In this document: positions 48,501-57,193 of the stretch, piece after piece
How positions within the stretch are numbered: the first letter of the stretch is position 1
How the letters are laid out: each line of letters begins with the position of its first letter
The notes under the pieces: generated by a model
What the model was told of the DNA's origin: nothing
Seen by the model: only the letters and a program-made list of their open reading frames with translations
The model's database searches: none
Assembly: GCA_001771135.1 (NCBI GenBank)
Contig: MESW01000006.1
Span: 4,870 to 68,869, forward strand
From: a candidate division CPR3 bacterium GWF2_35_18
Lineage (GTDB): Bacteria > Patescibacteriota > CPR3 > GWF2-35-18
DNA: 64,000 nucleotides
Reading direction: 5' to 3'
Position numbers and translations under genes: made by a program

Positions 48501-50610
48501 TCGCGTTCTTTATTATAGCAATATGATTACAATTCCCATTCGCGTCAGAAATGTAAGTGATCATGTAATTAAAGAACCCGTAACAATGACAGTAGACCTT
48601 CCTGATTTTCTTGATCTGTATGATGTTAATCCCTATCCTGAAGATTATGTGGGAACTCCTGAAGAGGATCCTGAAAATAATTGGGTGGCGGTGGAAGCTG
48701 AACTCCCAGGAATTCCTGATTTAATTAATTATATGGCTACACTACATATGAACTGGACAGATGGAACATCCGGAATTGCGAATGGTCCTCATGGAGGAAC
48801 AATCACTTGGACTTTTTGGAATGAAGATGTAGAAGTTGGTTTACCTATCGGGGCTGATTATACTTTTACTCTAAGAGTGGTTCCTGCCGACAAAAACAGT
48901 GCTGGTCTATCCTTTTATGGAAATCACCGTATTTCATATAACGGAACGCAAGACTCTGAACTCAACCACTACATAAATAATTTATATTCTGATAACCGCT
49001 TGATAAATCTAGAGTACAAAACACAGTGGTCTGATTCTGAAGTTGTAGAGCTTCAATCTTTTAGAATTGGAAGCGATGTTGTCTCTAAAGCTTCTCCTGG
49101 ATGTGGAGGTTACGATGAAGATGGTAATCCTCTTACAGACGGTTGTTCTGTAGATCCAAACTCTCGACCTTTTGGCTGGCCAGTCACTGGAACTATTGCT
49201 CAAGATTGGGGTGGTATTGAAGACTATAACACTGATTCTGATATCACCTGGAGTAATCCTTTAGCTGAAGAATGGGGTCCCAGATACGGAGAAGGTGAAA
49301 AATATCAGATTTGTGAGAATGAAAGTAATGAATACTGGTCACACCAAGGAATAGATCTTGTTCCGATTGAAGGAGAAGCCTCTGAAACTGAGATTTATTC
49401 TACTCATGCTGGAAATGTAGTAGCAGCTGAATGTTTTGAAGATGAGAGAGGTTGCAGTGTCACGGTAAGCTCAAATGTTGATGATGATTGTTGGCCGGAA
49501 TTTGTGACTACATATAATAATTTAATTCCTGAACTACTAAGAGTTTTACCCAATGAATATGTTCCCCGACATAAATTGTTGGGTCTCATGGGAGCAACGG
49601 GTAAAGGAGCTGGTGGAACTGATTATACTGGATTTACCCATACTAACTATCAAATCCGTTATCCAGTCACTGAAAAGCTAGACCTCAATAATGATAATTG
49701 TCCGGCTTATCCCCCACCTTTAGACGCAGATAATCCTGATGGGTATAATACACCAGCAACTTATTTTCCAATTGAACAGGACAACTGTCATGGATACGAG
49801 GATAATCCGGAAGATCCGGAATATGTTGACCCTATTACAAATGACTTTTACAACCTCAGAAAACCAGAAGAAGATTCTGCAGATCTAAGCAAAGACGAAG
49901 AATACGAATGTAACCTCGACCCATACATATGTGAAACCCCATTTCCTAATCGCGCCTATTCTACCTGTCAATGTGTCACTGAAGATTGTGATGTAGAAAT
50001 GATCGATTATCCTCCATACTTCTTTTGCGAAAATAAACGTCAGGATCAAGATGTTAGTAGCTGTTACTATGATAATCCTACTGGATTCCAAAAAGACTTT
50101 GGCGGTAATAGTATCCCTATGAGTTGTCCTATTCAAGAACCAGAACCATTCTGTCTTGGAATATGGAGTAGTGTAAATGTTCCGTTCAGCCATGCTGGTT
50201 TTGACTGGATAACCCATGCAGGACCGACAGTTGGAACTGAAGTTTTTTCTGTAGTTGATGGTGAAGTAATTATTAGTGGCTGTAATGACGGTTACGGAAA
50301 TATGGTTCTTATCACTGATGGTACTTATGATTATTATTACGGACATTTAGCTCCTGGTACCAATGTCGCGATGGGACCAATATCCTCGGGAACGCTAGTG
50401 GGAGCAATAGGAATGACACCTACATGCGCTGGAGAACATTCCACAGGGCCTCATCTCCACTTTGAAGTGAGAACTGCAGGAGCACACTGTGGTTATGCCA
50501 ATCCAGCCTGTACCATCGATCCCATCTCAATTGGTATTTGCGGCCCCTCGCTTGGTGCTGGTGAATATTCTGGAGTCGCTGAACATTGCGATAACTGTAG
50601 TTGTGAATAA
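45544..50610 (+). CDS. giant (1688 aa) secreted protein: three tandem Cys-bounded Ig-like repeats, a Cys-rich central region and two C-terminal M23/LytM peptidase domains
   Basis: Signal peptide …SSPAFTTPVNA. Three repeats of about 95 aa (C.E.N..S.R/D…I.V.NNC…F.I.SI.D…GC) at residues about 157-480. The central region (about 800-960) carries over 40 Cys (…CDDDGSADCCSECEFEGGVEVCNDNPGNNDCGGSCCNCDDGYEGC…). First M23-like module HQGIDLV…THAGNVV…LGLMGATGKG…THTNYQIRY (about 1290-1390). Second, with full motifs: HAGFDW…GTEVFSVVDGEVI…GYGNMVLITDG…YYYGHL…GPHLHFEV (about 1550-1640). Confidence 0.7.
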   Translation: MKVPSKRLKKLISLGLNILLTLSLILQSSPAFTTPVNAYDPFSLTPEKLGIFKGLPDKFKGFFDSASQKLNGLFKTPSGTTGGASEGSPAQPLPDEEHPIIPISADLIQVDATWSASCVPDMPPDEYLASGGGGGTCYMTPYEPPVPQKPIEDNGSCAEINIISDRSCVIAPGRSVNFVVEIVNNCDTTFTILSIFDDHKGLVNIKETKTVGPGEKITTLPYDIVVKEPLINTVTLTAQFSDYNPFIIEKIGTLITIDPLGCQIHPVCLALSYEAEPTCVENSGDPSNFIARINNNCTNQITSTQLITSFNTQNLGTLVAGETVIELGEKNITSNITETANLTAIMDTYFINVTDTATVSLSPFPVGCVTNPPSTCISFHEVAIPSCVENSGEQSTFTISVTNNCTENFTISSITDTLAPGGTIDITGHESVPVSGSQSFSYNLTINNPVSGTANLTGVLASGTTITATTTSGVSVGNCISLNELNLPLGLHSLNKNTNISNLISKIKDFIPNAVNHIKEIFTPDNVTAATPICDTCQTENYGWDENPPAGFDDEYNDYYQIEPGICMVECNPMSDPFESDSCPDPYQCPERVASYTNYGNCDEEVKTCTVPILGTQFDACWGLYPPAAHTPYDYTDPDASCTLDDLPTTTPTGETVGGDPQIYEVFSQNITQYNYEECNRHDSISKYNRACAPQYSYTKADMPTCYPTDLGTSYGATARKLNGCNELIEPTELDDGTLVGVSPPQSPNKADAYDCSEKTCNATDGPRCVQGTEAVCRKAIEIKTCEQLITTTSEPPADNWGENCVVQALPAQEITCGNAEGCPADGGSEYGCSVENICTQDVSYWDGNSEDHDCDDDGSADCCSECEFEGGVEVCNDNPGNNDCGGSCCNCDDGYEGCLNFDTSSNPESIPPTPDACSGGNCSCEEGSSAGECANADNTLCADNGETGCADLEDCCKLKEHWEWPITSDALDCAIYQYTERHMMYRVLYYSNMITIPIRVRNVSDHVIKEPVTMTVDLPDFLDLYDVNPYPEDYVGTPEEDPENNWVAVEAELPGIPDLINYMATLHMNWTDGTSGIANGPHGGTITWTFWNEDVEVGLPIGADYTFTLRVVPADKNSAGLSFYGNHRISYNGTQDSELNHYINNLYSDNRLINLEYKTQWSDSEVVELQSFRIGSDVVSKASPGCGGYDEDGNPLTDGCSVDPNSRPFGWPVTGTIAQDWGGIEDYNTDSDITWSNPLAEEWGPRYGEGEKYQICENESNEYWSHQGIDLVPIEGEASETEIYSTHAGNVVAAECFEDERGCSVTVSSNVDDDCWPEFVTTYNNLIPELLRVLPNEYVPRHKLLGLMGATGKGAGGTDYTGFTHTNYQIRYPVTEKLDLNNDNCPAYPPPLDADNPDGYNTPATYFPIEQDNCHGYEDNPEDPEYVDPITNDFYNLRKPEEDSADLSKDEEYECNLDPYICETPFPNRAYSTCQCVTEDCDVEMIDYPPYFFCENKRQDQDVSSCYYDNPTGFQKDFGGNSIPMSCPIQEPEPFCLGIWSSVNVPFSHAGFDWITHAGPTVGTEVFSVVDGEVIISGCNDGYGNMVLITDGTYDYYYGHLAPGTNVAMGPISSGTLVGAIGMTPTCAGEHSTGPHLHFEVRTAGAHCGYANPACTIDPISIGICGPSLGAGEYSGVAEHCDNCSCE

Positions 50611-50619
50611 ATCTAAAAT

Positions 50620-51744
50620 ATGAAAAGCATTTTAAATAAAATTAAATTAAATATCTCCAAATTAAAAGATAAACTCCAAGAATCTAAGCTGTTACACAAA
50701 TGGGAAGAAAACCTTTCCGATAAGGGAAAACAAATATGTAAGTATATAAAAACCCATCCAAAACAATCTTTAGTGGTGGCTTCGGTAATAGTTATAATAA
50801 TAACAATTGGAGTATATCTGGTTTCCATACTCATAAAACCAAAACCGATTACTACAACCCCCCACCCTTTTACCGAAGTTACGACCTATAAATTAAATTC
50901 CGTTCCGACCAAAATAGAATATGGTAAATTTAATTCGGAATTAAGAGAGTTTCCTTCTAATATCTCTATCTATCAAACAAAAGAAAAGCCTTTATCAGGA
51001 TTACAAGAAATCGGTAATTTACAAAGGATTCTTCAAACCTTAGGATTTACTTCTGATGCCCGAAATTATTCTAACAAAAAAGCGATTGCCTATTATGAAA
51101 AAGGTAAATCTCTAACAGTAACGTTGATCGGCGATAAAATATCTTTCAGTACAGGATTGAATGTCGAACCAGAGCTTCTACAACAAACAAACGACATTCG
51201 TTCGCTATCTGATTTACTCCAAACTGGAAAATATTTTTTTAGTGAAAATGGGTTAAATTTCGAGATACAATTTTCTGATCCAAAAACCGTATACAGTAGA
51301 ATGGGAGAGCTTGGTCTTTATGAAATTAACAATGTTGAACAGGCGGATGTTGTAACCTATATTTTACAGCCGCAAATTGAATCTTTAAATATTGCTAATA
51401 ACCAATTTCTGCCTTATATAAGCTTGACAAAAAATGGCAAAATTGTCGCCTTTTCTATTTTTAACAAAAAAATCGTTGCGGCTACTAAAAATCCGGTGAT
51501 AAGTATAAGTAAGCTGAAAAAATCGATCCAAAATAATGAAGCTGTCTCTTTAAGTAAAATTGAAACCAAATATCTAGAGCCTCAAAGTATTGTGATAAAA
51601 AGTACTCAAGTTCTTTACTATTATAATGAGGCACAGGAAGTTTTAACGCCTGTTGTTACTCTGCAAGTAACCCTTAAAAAAGATGGTGAAGAAAAAGAAG
51701 CTACGCTATATCTACCCGCTTTTGAAAACAAATATTACTATTAA
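50620..51744 (+). CDS. hypothetical single-pass membrane protein (374 aa)
   Basis: N-terminal cytoplasmic region of about 45 aa, one TM helix (LVVASVIVIIITIGVYLVSILI), then an extracytoplasmic beta-rich domain. No recognisable motif. Confidence 0.4.
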   Translation: MKSILNKIKLNISKLKDKLQESKLLHKWEENLSDKGKQICKYIKTHPKQSLVVASVIVIIITIGVYLVSILIKPKPITTTPHPFTEVTTYKLNSVPTKIEYGKFNSELREFPSNISIYQTKEKPLSGLQEIGNLQRILQTLGFTSDARNYSNKKAIAYYEKGKSLTVTLIGDKISFSTGLNVEPELLQQTNDIRSLSDLLQTGKYFFSENGLNFEIQFSDPKTVYSRMGELGLYEINNVEQADVVTYILQPQIESLNIANNQFLPYISLTKNGKIVAFSIFNKKIVAATKNPVISISKLKKSIQNNEAVSLSKIETKYLEPQSIVIKSTQVLYYYNEAQEVLTPVVTLQVTLKKDGEEKEATLYLPAFENKYYY

Positions 51745-51747
51745 ATT

Positions 51748-52641
51748 ATGAAGATAAAATTATTTAGCTTAAAATTAATCCTTATTGCTACTCTACCATT
51801 GATATTTTCGTATTCTACCCCAACGATTGCCGATGAGGAAAAAATTCTTTACTGTGAATTTATTCATTCTCCTTCTCAAGATGGTTTTATCAGAAGTGGC
51901 GGGCCTATTAATACTGATAGTGGTGCCCGTTATAGACCTTTAGCTATTCGTGACCCTGATTGTACAGATATTGTTAGAGATATCTCCTTCTATCCCGGAG
52001 AGTATAATCTTCCCCATTCTGAACCTGGAGGATTTATTCCTGGTGGACCAGGAGGAAGTTGGAATGATTGTACTGCATGTAATCCTGATCCTGCTTCTGT
52101 AGTTGCCGAACCATGGGTTGAGGCAAAATTTATCGATCTTGCAACACGTTGGTTTGGAGGAGTAGGAACTCCCAGAATAGATATGTATGATGAAGTTGTT
52201 GCTGCCGCAGAAGCGGCGGGAATGGATCCTATTTTTGCCATATCTATTTGGCTTCATGAATCTGGAGCAAGCAATTATGAGGGAATTTGTAGAGTATTAG
52301 GTCATGAAGATCCTAATTCTGGATATTGTACGCGTATTCAAGACTTTGGGGTAAATCTAGAATCAATCACAACTAAAATTGAAGCTCCGGGAGTATATCC
52401 TGACAATGTTACCGAAGATCATTTTGAAGAACAGCTCTCTCACTATGTAGATTTACCAGCATGGTATCTTACTATGTGTGACGTAAACGCAGTTTCTTGT
52501 CCTATGGAAGTATTTGGCTCGATGTTTAGATGGGGAGGTTGTCCACCTGAGACTGTAGACACATATAGCGTTGGAATCCAAGAAATATATGAAGGATTCT
52601 TTCAAGCAGGAGCATTCCCTTGCTATCCTATTAATCTTTAA
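51748..52641 (+). CDS. secreted protein with a lysozyme-like / Rpf-type transglycosylase-like segment
   Basis: Signal peptide. AISIWLHESGASNYEGICRVLGHEDPNSGYC…QDFG resembles the catalytic E-S-G…N…G region of Rpf/SLT-type transglycosylases. Several conserved Cys. Weak assignment. Confidence 0.3.
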   Translation: MKIKLFSLKLILIATLPLIFSYSTPTIADEEKILYCEFIHSPSQDGFIRSGGPINTDSGARYRPLAIRDPDCTDIVRDISFYPGEYNLPHSEPGGFIPGGPGGSWNDCTACNPDPASVVAEPWVEAKFIDLATRWFGGVGTPRIDMYDEVVAAAEAAGMDPIFAISIWLHESGASNYEGICRVLGHEDPNSGYCTRIQDFGVNLESITTKIEAPGVYPDNVTEDHFEEQLSHYVDLPAWYLTMCDVNAVSCPMEVFGSMFRWGGCPPETVDTYSVGIQEIYEGFFQAGAFPCYPINL

Positions 52642-52703
52642 GAATTAATTTCCTTAACTAAAAAAATACTGATCAAATATGTATAGTTTGATTATAAAGA
52701 AGT

Positions 52704-53345
52704 TTAACGTCGTTCTTCTAGTTCACTTCTTATCTTAGCGGCAACAGTATCTACAGCTTCGAGAGACATCTTGTTCCAAGGAATTACAATATCGGCATAT
52801 TTCATTTGCGGAACCACATATCGATAATGCATAGGATAAGCGGAGGTTAAATATTGATCTATTGATTCTTCTAATGTCGCTTCTCTATGTTCTTTAACAT
52901 CCCGAATAATACGTCGAGCTAAACGTAAATCTGGATCAACTTCTATATAAATTTTAAGATCAAAAAAGTCTCGCAAATACTTTGTAGAAAGACTCAGAAT
53001 TCCCTCAACAATAACAACACTTTTACTTTGAACCCAAACTCCTTGATGTTTACGTGTATGAGAAACAAAATCATAATCAGGAAGCTCAATAGGTTTACCC
53101 TTTTTAAGAGTCAGAAGGTCTCTAAAAAGCATCTGATTATCCAAAGCCTCGGGAACATCCATGTTTGCCTTTTTCCTCACATCTAGAGGAACATTACTTT
53201 GATCTTTATAGTACATATCGTGCGAAATTGTTAATACCTGATTGGGAAAATATTTAGTAATCATCTTCGCAAAAAGACTTTTTCCACTACCAGTACCTCC
53301 AGCAATTCCAATAAAAAATGGTGGGTTAAATTTGGATTTTTCCAT
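52704..53345 (-). CDS. udk: uridine kinase
   Basis: P-loop IGIAGGTGSGKS. PRK/uridine-kinase family layout. About 210 aa. Confidence 0.85.
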   Translation of the reverse strand: MEKSKFNPPFFIGIAGGTGSGKSLFAKMITKYFPNQVLTISHDMYYKDQSNVPLDVRKKANMDVPEALDNQMLFRDLLTLKKGKPIELPDYDFVSHTRKHQGVWVQSKSVVIVEGILSLSTKYLRDFFDLKIYIEVDPDLRLARRIIRDVKEHREATLEESIDQYLTSAYPMHYRYVVPQMKYADIVIPWNKMSLEAVDTVAAKIRSELEERR

Positions 53346-53439
53346 ATATTTATATTTCTAAAAAATTAAACTAATCTCCCCTACTTTAATATATTTAAGT
53401 TTAGCATCATCATGGAAAAAACTATTCTGAGAATAAAAA

Positions 53440-56400
53440 CTATTTCCCAAAATTTATTACTAACTTCCTGTCTGTTTTTAGCGAGTCACTGTAAGAAAAT
53501 GAGGAGTCAGTCTGTTGTCCTTGTAGTAAAGTGTCTTTTATTTTTAGGTACGCGGGATAAGCAAAATTCAAATTAAATGGATCGGCAATACTTCCTGATT
53601 GTTTTTGTACATACAAAGAATACTGTAAATTTTTATCCGTGATACTTAAAGAAACAGGGAGATCGTAGAAAATTTTTATTTCTTGTTCTGAATCTATAAC
53701 TACATTTACTAATCCACCAAAAACTGTCTTTTCAAGATCAGAAGTCGTAGTAACTTCAGAACTAAAACCTTCAGTGTCAATAATTTTTGACCCTTCGGGA
53801 ACATAAACTCTTAAATAGTTTTTATAATTTCCTCCTGGCCAAGTATCTGTCAGTCCTCGATGTTTATACGAAATAGTTAAATCTGCTCTTAAATTCCCCT
53901 CTTTATTTACATTAACACTATAATTGATATCTCGATCAATAAAATAGTTAGCCTTATTTCCCCCCACATTACTATCAATCACCCATAGAAAATCACCTTT
54001 ATCACTTACAATTTTTCCATCCAAATTTTGATTTTTTAAAATATCATTAATAACTGGTTCCTTGAATGAAAATAGGATATGTTTTTCGGTTAAGTTCCTA
54101 AAAGATGATGAAAGTAATTTCCCCAAATCATGAACAGACATCTCTTGTAATTTCTGAATAATTTCATCTGCGCAAGCACCTAAAAAATCTTTTTTTCCTG
54201 TAGAACCTGGAGTAAAACCAACTTCAGAATAATATTCAGCTTTTTCAAAAAAGTTTGAGGCTGAGATCTGTTCGTTATATCCAATTGGGTTAATTGGCCC
54301 AATCTCGGCAATAAGGTTTTCAATAGTATAAAGGTCGATAGCAATGACTCCAGAAACATCATCATTGGTAGCCTTTTCATATAATCTTTCAATGTCAGAA
54401 GCGGAAACTGAAAAATCTGGAGACCAATTTGCATCACGCATCCCCCAACTTACAACCCCAAGATACTCTTTAAGCGGGGCTGGTGGAATTTGTGTTTCCT
54501 TATCGTCTAATAAACCATCTGGGTTATAAACATCATCAACTTTAATTTCTTTAATTCTTCCCTCTGAGACAAGAACGCGTGCGTAACTTCCAATAAACCC
54601 TCCGGTGGCTCTAATCTCTGAATTATTTTGAAAAATAATTAGATACACCTGATCTTCTTCATTTCCCATTAAAGATGGCAAAATATCAACGAGATTTTCC
54701 ACTTTACTCAAAATTTCTTTTCCATCGTAAAGCTGATCTTTAAGCTCCTCTACTCTATCCCAAAAAGAGCTGGGAAAATACTTGTCTTCTAAAAAATTCA
54801 GCTTTGATTGTGCTTCTGAAAAATTTTCGCGTGCCTGAACAACGTCTGTTTTGACTATGGGAATAATTTTATCAATATTATTATCACTTTGAGTATGATC
54901 TAGAAAAATATCAAAAGAAGAAATAATTGGATCCACACTAGAAGTTAAACATTCAACACCATTGGCAATATTTTCTCCAGAATCAAGAAGGTAAACGTAT
55001 TGTTGAAATCTTTGTCGTTCATGAATTAGAGAAAAAATCCAAAGTAAATTATTTAAGCTACTTGAAGCGGCGCGAAAAGATTTTTCTGCAATCGCCGCTT
55101 GTTTATTTGCTTCGTTCAATGAAAATTCGGTAATAGCCTGTTTTGATTTCTCAATAGCAGTTATTCCTTTGAAAGTAAAAAATGCACTAAGTAAGAAAGG
55201 TGAGAAAAATCCAAAGATGATAAATATTAAACAAACAATCACAAATGAAATCTTTAATTTATTAAAATGATGGTGCACCTTAATGTCAGTATCTCCAGCC
55301 ACTAAAACTTTTTTTTGCCTTAAAGAGTTTGATTCTTTTTCTTTACGGAAAGGTTTTAGAATTGATTGGAAAAAGCCTGATTGCGATTTGTTCTCGAAAA
55401 ATACTTCTCCTTTCACAACTTCTTCTTTATTAAGGTCTTTTTCTGGGGTAAGATCTGTAGTTGATACTTGAGAAATATTTTTGTTTTCTTCTTTAGAAAC
55501 TATTTCCGTCGCTTCGTAGCTAAAATCTTTTTTGGTAAATTCTTTAGTTTCTTTAATCTCTTTAAGCCCTTTTTCGTTTTTAAGCCGCGTGTCTTTGAGA
55601 AACCAGGCGACTGTTTTTTCAAAACCCTCTTCAATAGAAATATTTGGATACCAACGTAAATCTTTTTTACTTAAACTAATATCAATTTGAGGTAAAGGTA
55701 AAGTAATTTTGTCTGAAGGAATAAAATTGATAGACCCACCTTCTTTATAAAAAGTAAGGAGTGTCTCGGAAATAGTTCTTAGAGTAAATTTTTGTGGAGA
55801 AACTAAATAATAAACTTTTCCTTCTGTGTCTTTCGAAAACATTGCCTTGATAAGACCATAAACAACATCAGAAACATAGGTGGGAAAAACCTCTTCAAGA
55901 CCATCACCAAAAAGAGAAATTTTTTGACTTTCAATAAAAGAGTTAAAAAGACAGTTAATCGGAAAAATACTATTTAAAGGCATCCGTGGTCCATAAAGAT
56001 CACGAACTCTGACTATTTTTGCTTTAACCTCATGTTCTTTTCTAAACTCTTCTACAAGCGCTTCTCCAAATCTTTTTGCTTCATATAAGGCTAAAATATC
56101 TTCTTCATGATTGTCTTTTCCAAAATAGTTTTCCAAAGATAAACGCGAAGCTACCCCACTATAAATATCCACCAAAGAAATAAACAAAAATTCTGCTTTG
56201 TCTAATAAAGCTTTTTGTAATAATATTTTGGTTCCTTGAGAATTAATAAGAAGTGAATTTAGGCTTCCTTCCTTATTTTTAGAAACAATATCTAGTCCGG
56301 AGGCGTGAAAAATATAATCAACCTTTTCTATTTCAGCGACCATTTCCGCTTTTTCTAGGGAAAATTTTACAATTTCAAAATTCTTGTTTTTTTTACAGTT

Positions 56401-56547
56401 ATTGAGATTCTTATCAGAAGTCAGTGAAAAATCATCAAGACAAATAACCTTAAAACCGTTTATCAATAAAGCTTCACAAAGATGTGAACCTAAAAAATGA
56501 GCTCCACCAGATACAAGAACTGTTTTAATTTTTTTTGGACTATTCAT
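53440..56547 (-). CDS. fusion protein: N-terminal NAD-dependent sugar epimerase/dehydratase (extended SDR) plus one TM helix plus a large C-terminal extracytoplasmic domain of unknown function
   Basis: Rossmann motif VLVSGGAHFLGSHLCEALLINGFKVICLDDF. Catalytic YEAKRFGE (YxxxK). TM helix ISFVIVCLIFIIFGFFSPFLLSAFF near residue 440. The C-terminal domain of about 570 aa has no motif I recognise (possibly DUF4012-like). Confidence 0.65.
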   Translation of the reverse strand: MNSPKKIKTVLVSGGAHFLGSHLCEALLINGFKVICLDDFSLTSDKNLNNCKKNKNFEIVKFSLEKAEMVAEIEKVDYIFHASGLDIVSKNKEGSLNSLLINSQGTKILLQKALLDKAEFLFISLVDIYSGVASRLSLENYFGKDNHEEDILALYEAKRFGEALVEEFRKEHEVKAKIVRVRDLYGPRMPLNSIFPINCLFNSFIESQKISLFGDGLEEVFPTYVSDVVYGLIKAMFSKDTEGKVYYLVSPQKFTLRTISETLLTFYKEGGSINFIPSDKITLPLPQIDISLSKKDLRWYPNISIEEGFEKTVAWFLKDTRLKNEKGLKEIKETKEFTKKDFSYEATEIVSKEENKNISQVSTTDLTPEKDLNKEEVVKGEVFFENKSQSGFFQSILKPFRKEKESNSLRQKKVLVAGDTDIKVHHHFNKLKISFVIVCLIFIIFGFFSPFLLSAFFTFKGITAIEKSKQAITEFSLNEANKQAAIAEKSFRAASSSLNNLLWIFSLIHERQRFQQYVYLLDSGENIANGVECLTSSVDPIISSFDIFLDHTQSDNNIDKIIPIVKTDVVQARENFSEAQSKLNFLEDKYFPSSFWDRVEELKDQLYDGKEILSKVENLVDILPSLMGNEEDQVYLIIFQNNSEIRATGGFIGSYARVLVSEGRIKEIKVDDVYNPDGLLDDKETQIPPAPLKEYLGVVSWGMRDANWSPDFSVSASDIERLYEKATNDDVSGVIAIDLYTIENLIAEIGPINPIGYNEQISASNFFEKAEYYSEVGFTPGSTGKKDFLGACADEIIQKLQEMSVHDLGKLLSSSFRNLTEKHILFSFKEPVINDILKNQNLDGKIVSDKGDFLWVIDSNVGGNKANYFIDRDINYSVNVNKEGNLRADLTISYKHRGLTDTWPGGNYKNYLRVYVPEGSKIIDTEGFSSEVTTTSDLEKTVFGGLVNVVIDSEQEIKIFYDLPVSLSITDKNLQYSLYVQKQSGSIADPFNLNFAYPAYLKIKDTLLQGQQTDSSFSYSDSLKTDRKLVINFGK

Positions 56548-56562
56548 GGGCAGTAAAAAATC

Positions 56563-57180
56563 TTATGCTTTTTTAAATACTTCTAAAAATAAACTTAAAA
56601 TTATCCCAAAGATAAAACCAAATAACAATCCTCCACCAACAAAAATGAATAAAGAAATGTTCTTTGTTAAAACTAAAGGTTCCGAGTCAACAACGTCTAG
56701 AGAAAGGTTGGGATCTCCAGTTTGATTTAAAAGAAGAATTCTTTCAATCCCCGCTTGTCCAACGGCTTTTATGATGGCGCTCGATTCTTCTTTGTCTTTT
56801 GTCGTAACCGAAGCTTTAATTAATTGAGGAGCTTCTTTGGTAACAATAAGCCTGGACGATAACGATTCCAAGGCGACAACATCACGAGGAATATAATTAG
56901 TAATCTCCCCTGCTCTTTTTAAAACCTCCAAGCTTTGGAAAAAGCCTATCACAGTATCCGAATATTCTTTAGAAACCTGGCTAGCATAATAACCATCATA
57001 ACTATAATATTTTTCTGAAACTGGCTCTATTTTTCTTTTCACATAAAAAAGCAGTGAAGCCTCATAACTGTCTCCCTGTTGAAAATAATAAAACATTCCT
57101 AAAAGAAGAAATATTAAAGTTGTTATTAAAATTAAGAACTTCCTTTTTTTCATTAAAGAAAACAGGTAAATAATTTCCAT
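56563..57180 (-). CDS. polysaccharide co-polymerase (Wzz/YveK-like chain-length determinant) candidate
   Basis: TM helix at each end (LILITTLIFLLLGMFYYF…; FIFVGGGLLFGFIFGIILSLFL) flanking a soluble domain of about 130 aa. This is the PCP family topology. Confidence 0.4.
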   Translation of the reverse strand: MEIIYLFSLMKKRKFLILITTLIFLLLGMFYYFQQGDSYEASLLFYVKRKIEPVSEKYYSYDGYYASQVSKEYSDTVIGFFQSLEVLKRAGEITNYIPRDVVALESLSSRLIVTKEAPQLIKASVTTKDKEESSAIIKAVGQAGIERILLLNQTGDPNLSLDVVDSEPLVLTKNISLFIFVGGGLLFGFIFGIILSLFLEVFKKA

Positions 57181-57193
57181 ATTTTTTAATCCT

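Noticed and set aside
47685-48564. A cluster of minus-strand ORFs (76-119 aa) inside the giant M23 adhesin gene, plus similar antisense ORFs inside the 1689-aa gene (42373..42564, 43055..43581, 40775..41083).
   Set aside because: They are antisense to long, well-supported genes. Their low-complexity H/Q/N- or S/P-rich translations are artefacts of reading Cys-, Asp- and Gly-rich codons backwards.
35066-52641. Calling the locus a bona fide type IV secretion or conjugation system.
   Set aside because: No VirB4 or VirD4 ATPase, relaxase or oriT is visible in the 64 kb, and 43838..45406 lacks Walker motifs. The resemblance is to individual components only (pilin topology, VirB6-like TM region, cell-wall hydrolases). 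It is therefore reported as a candidate or possibly novel system rather than an annotated T4SS.
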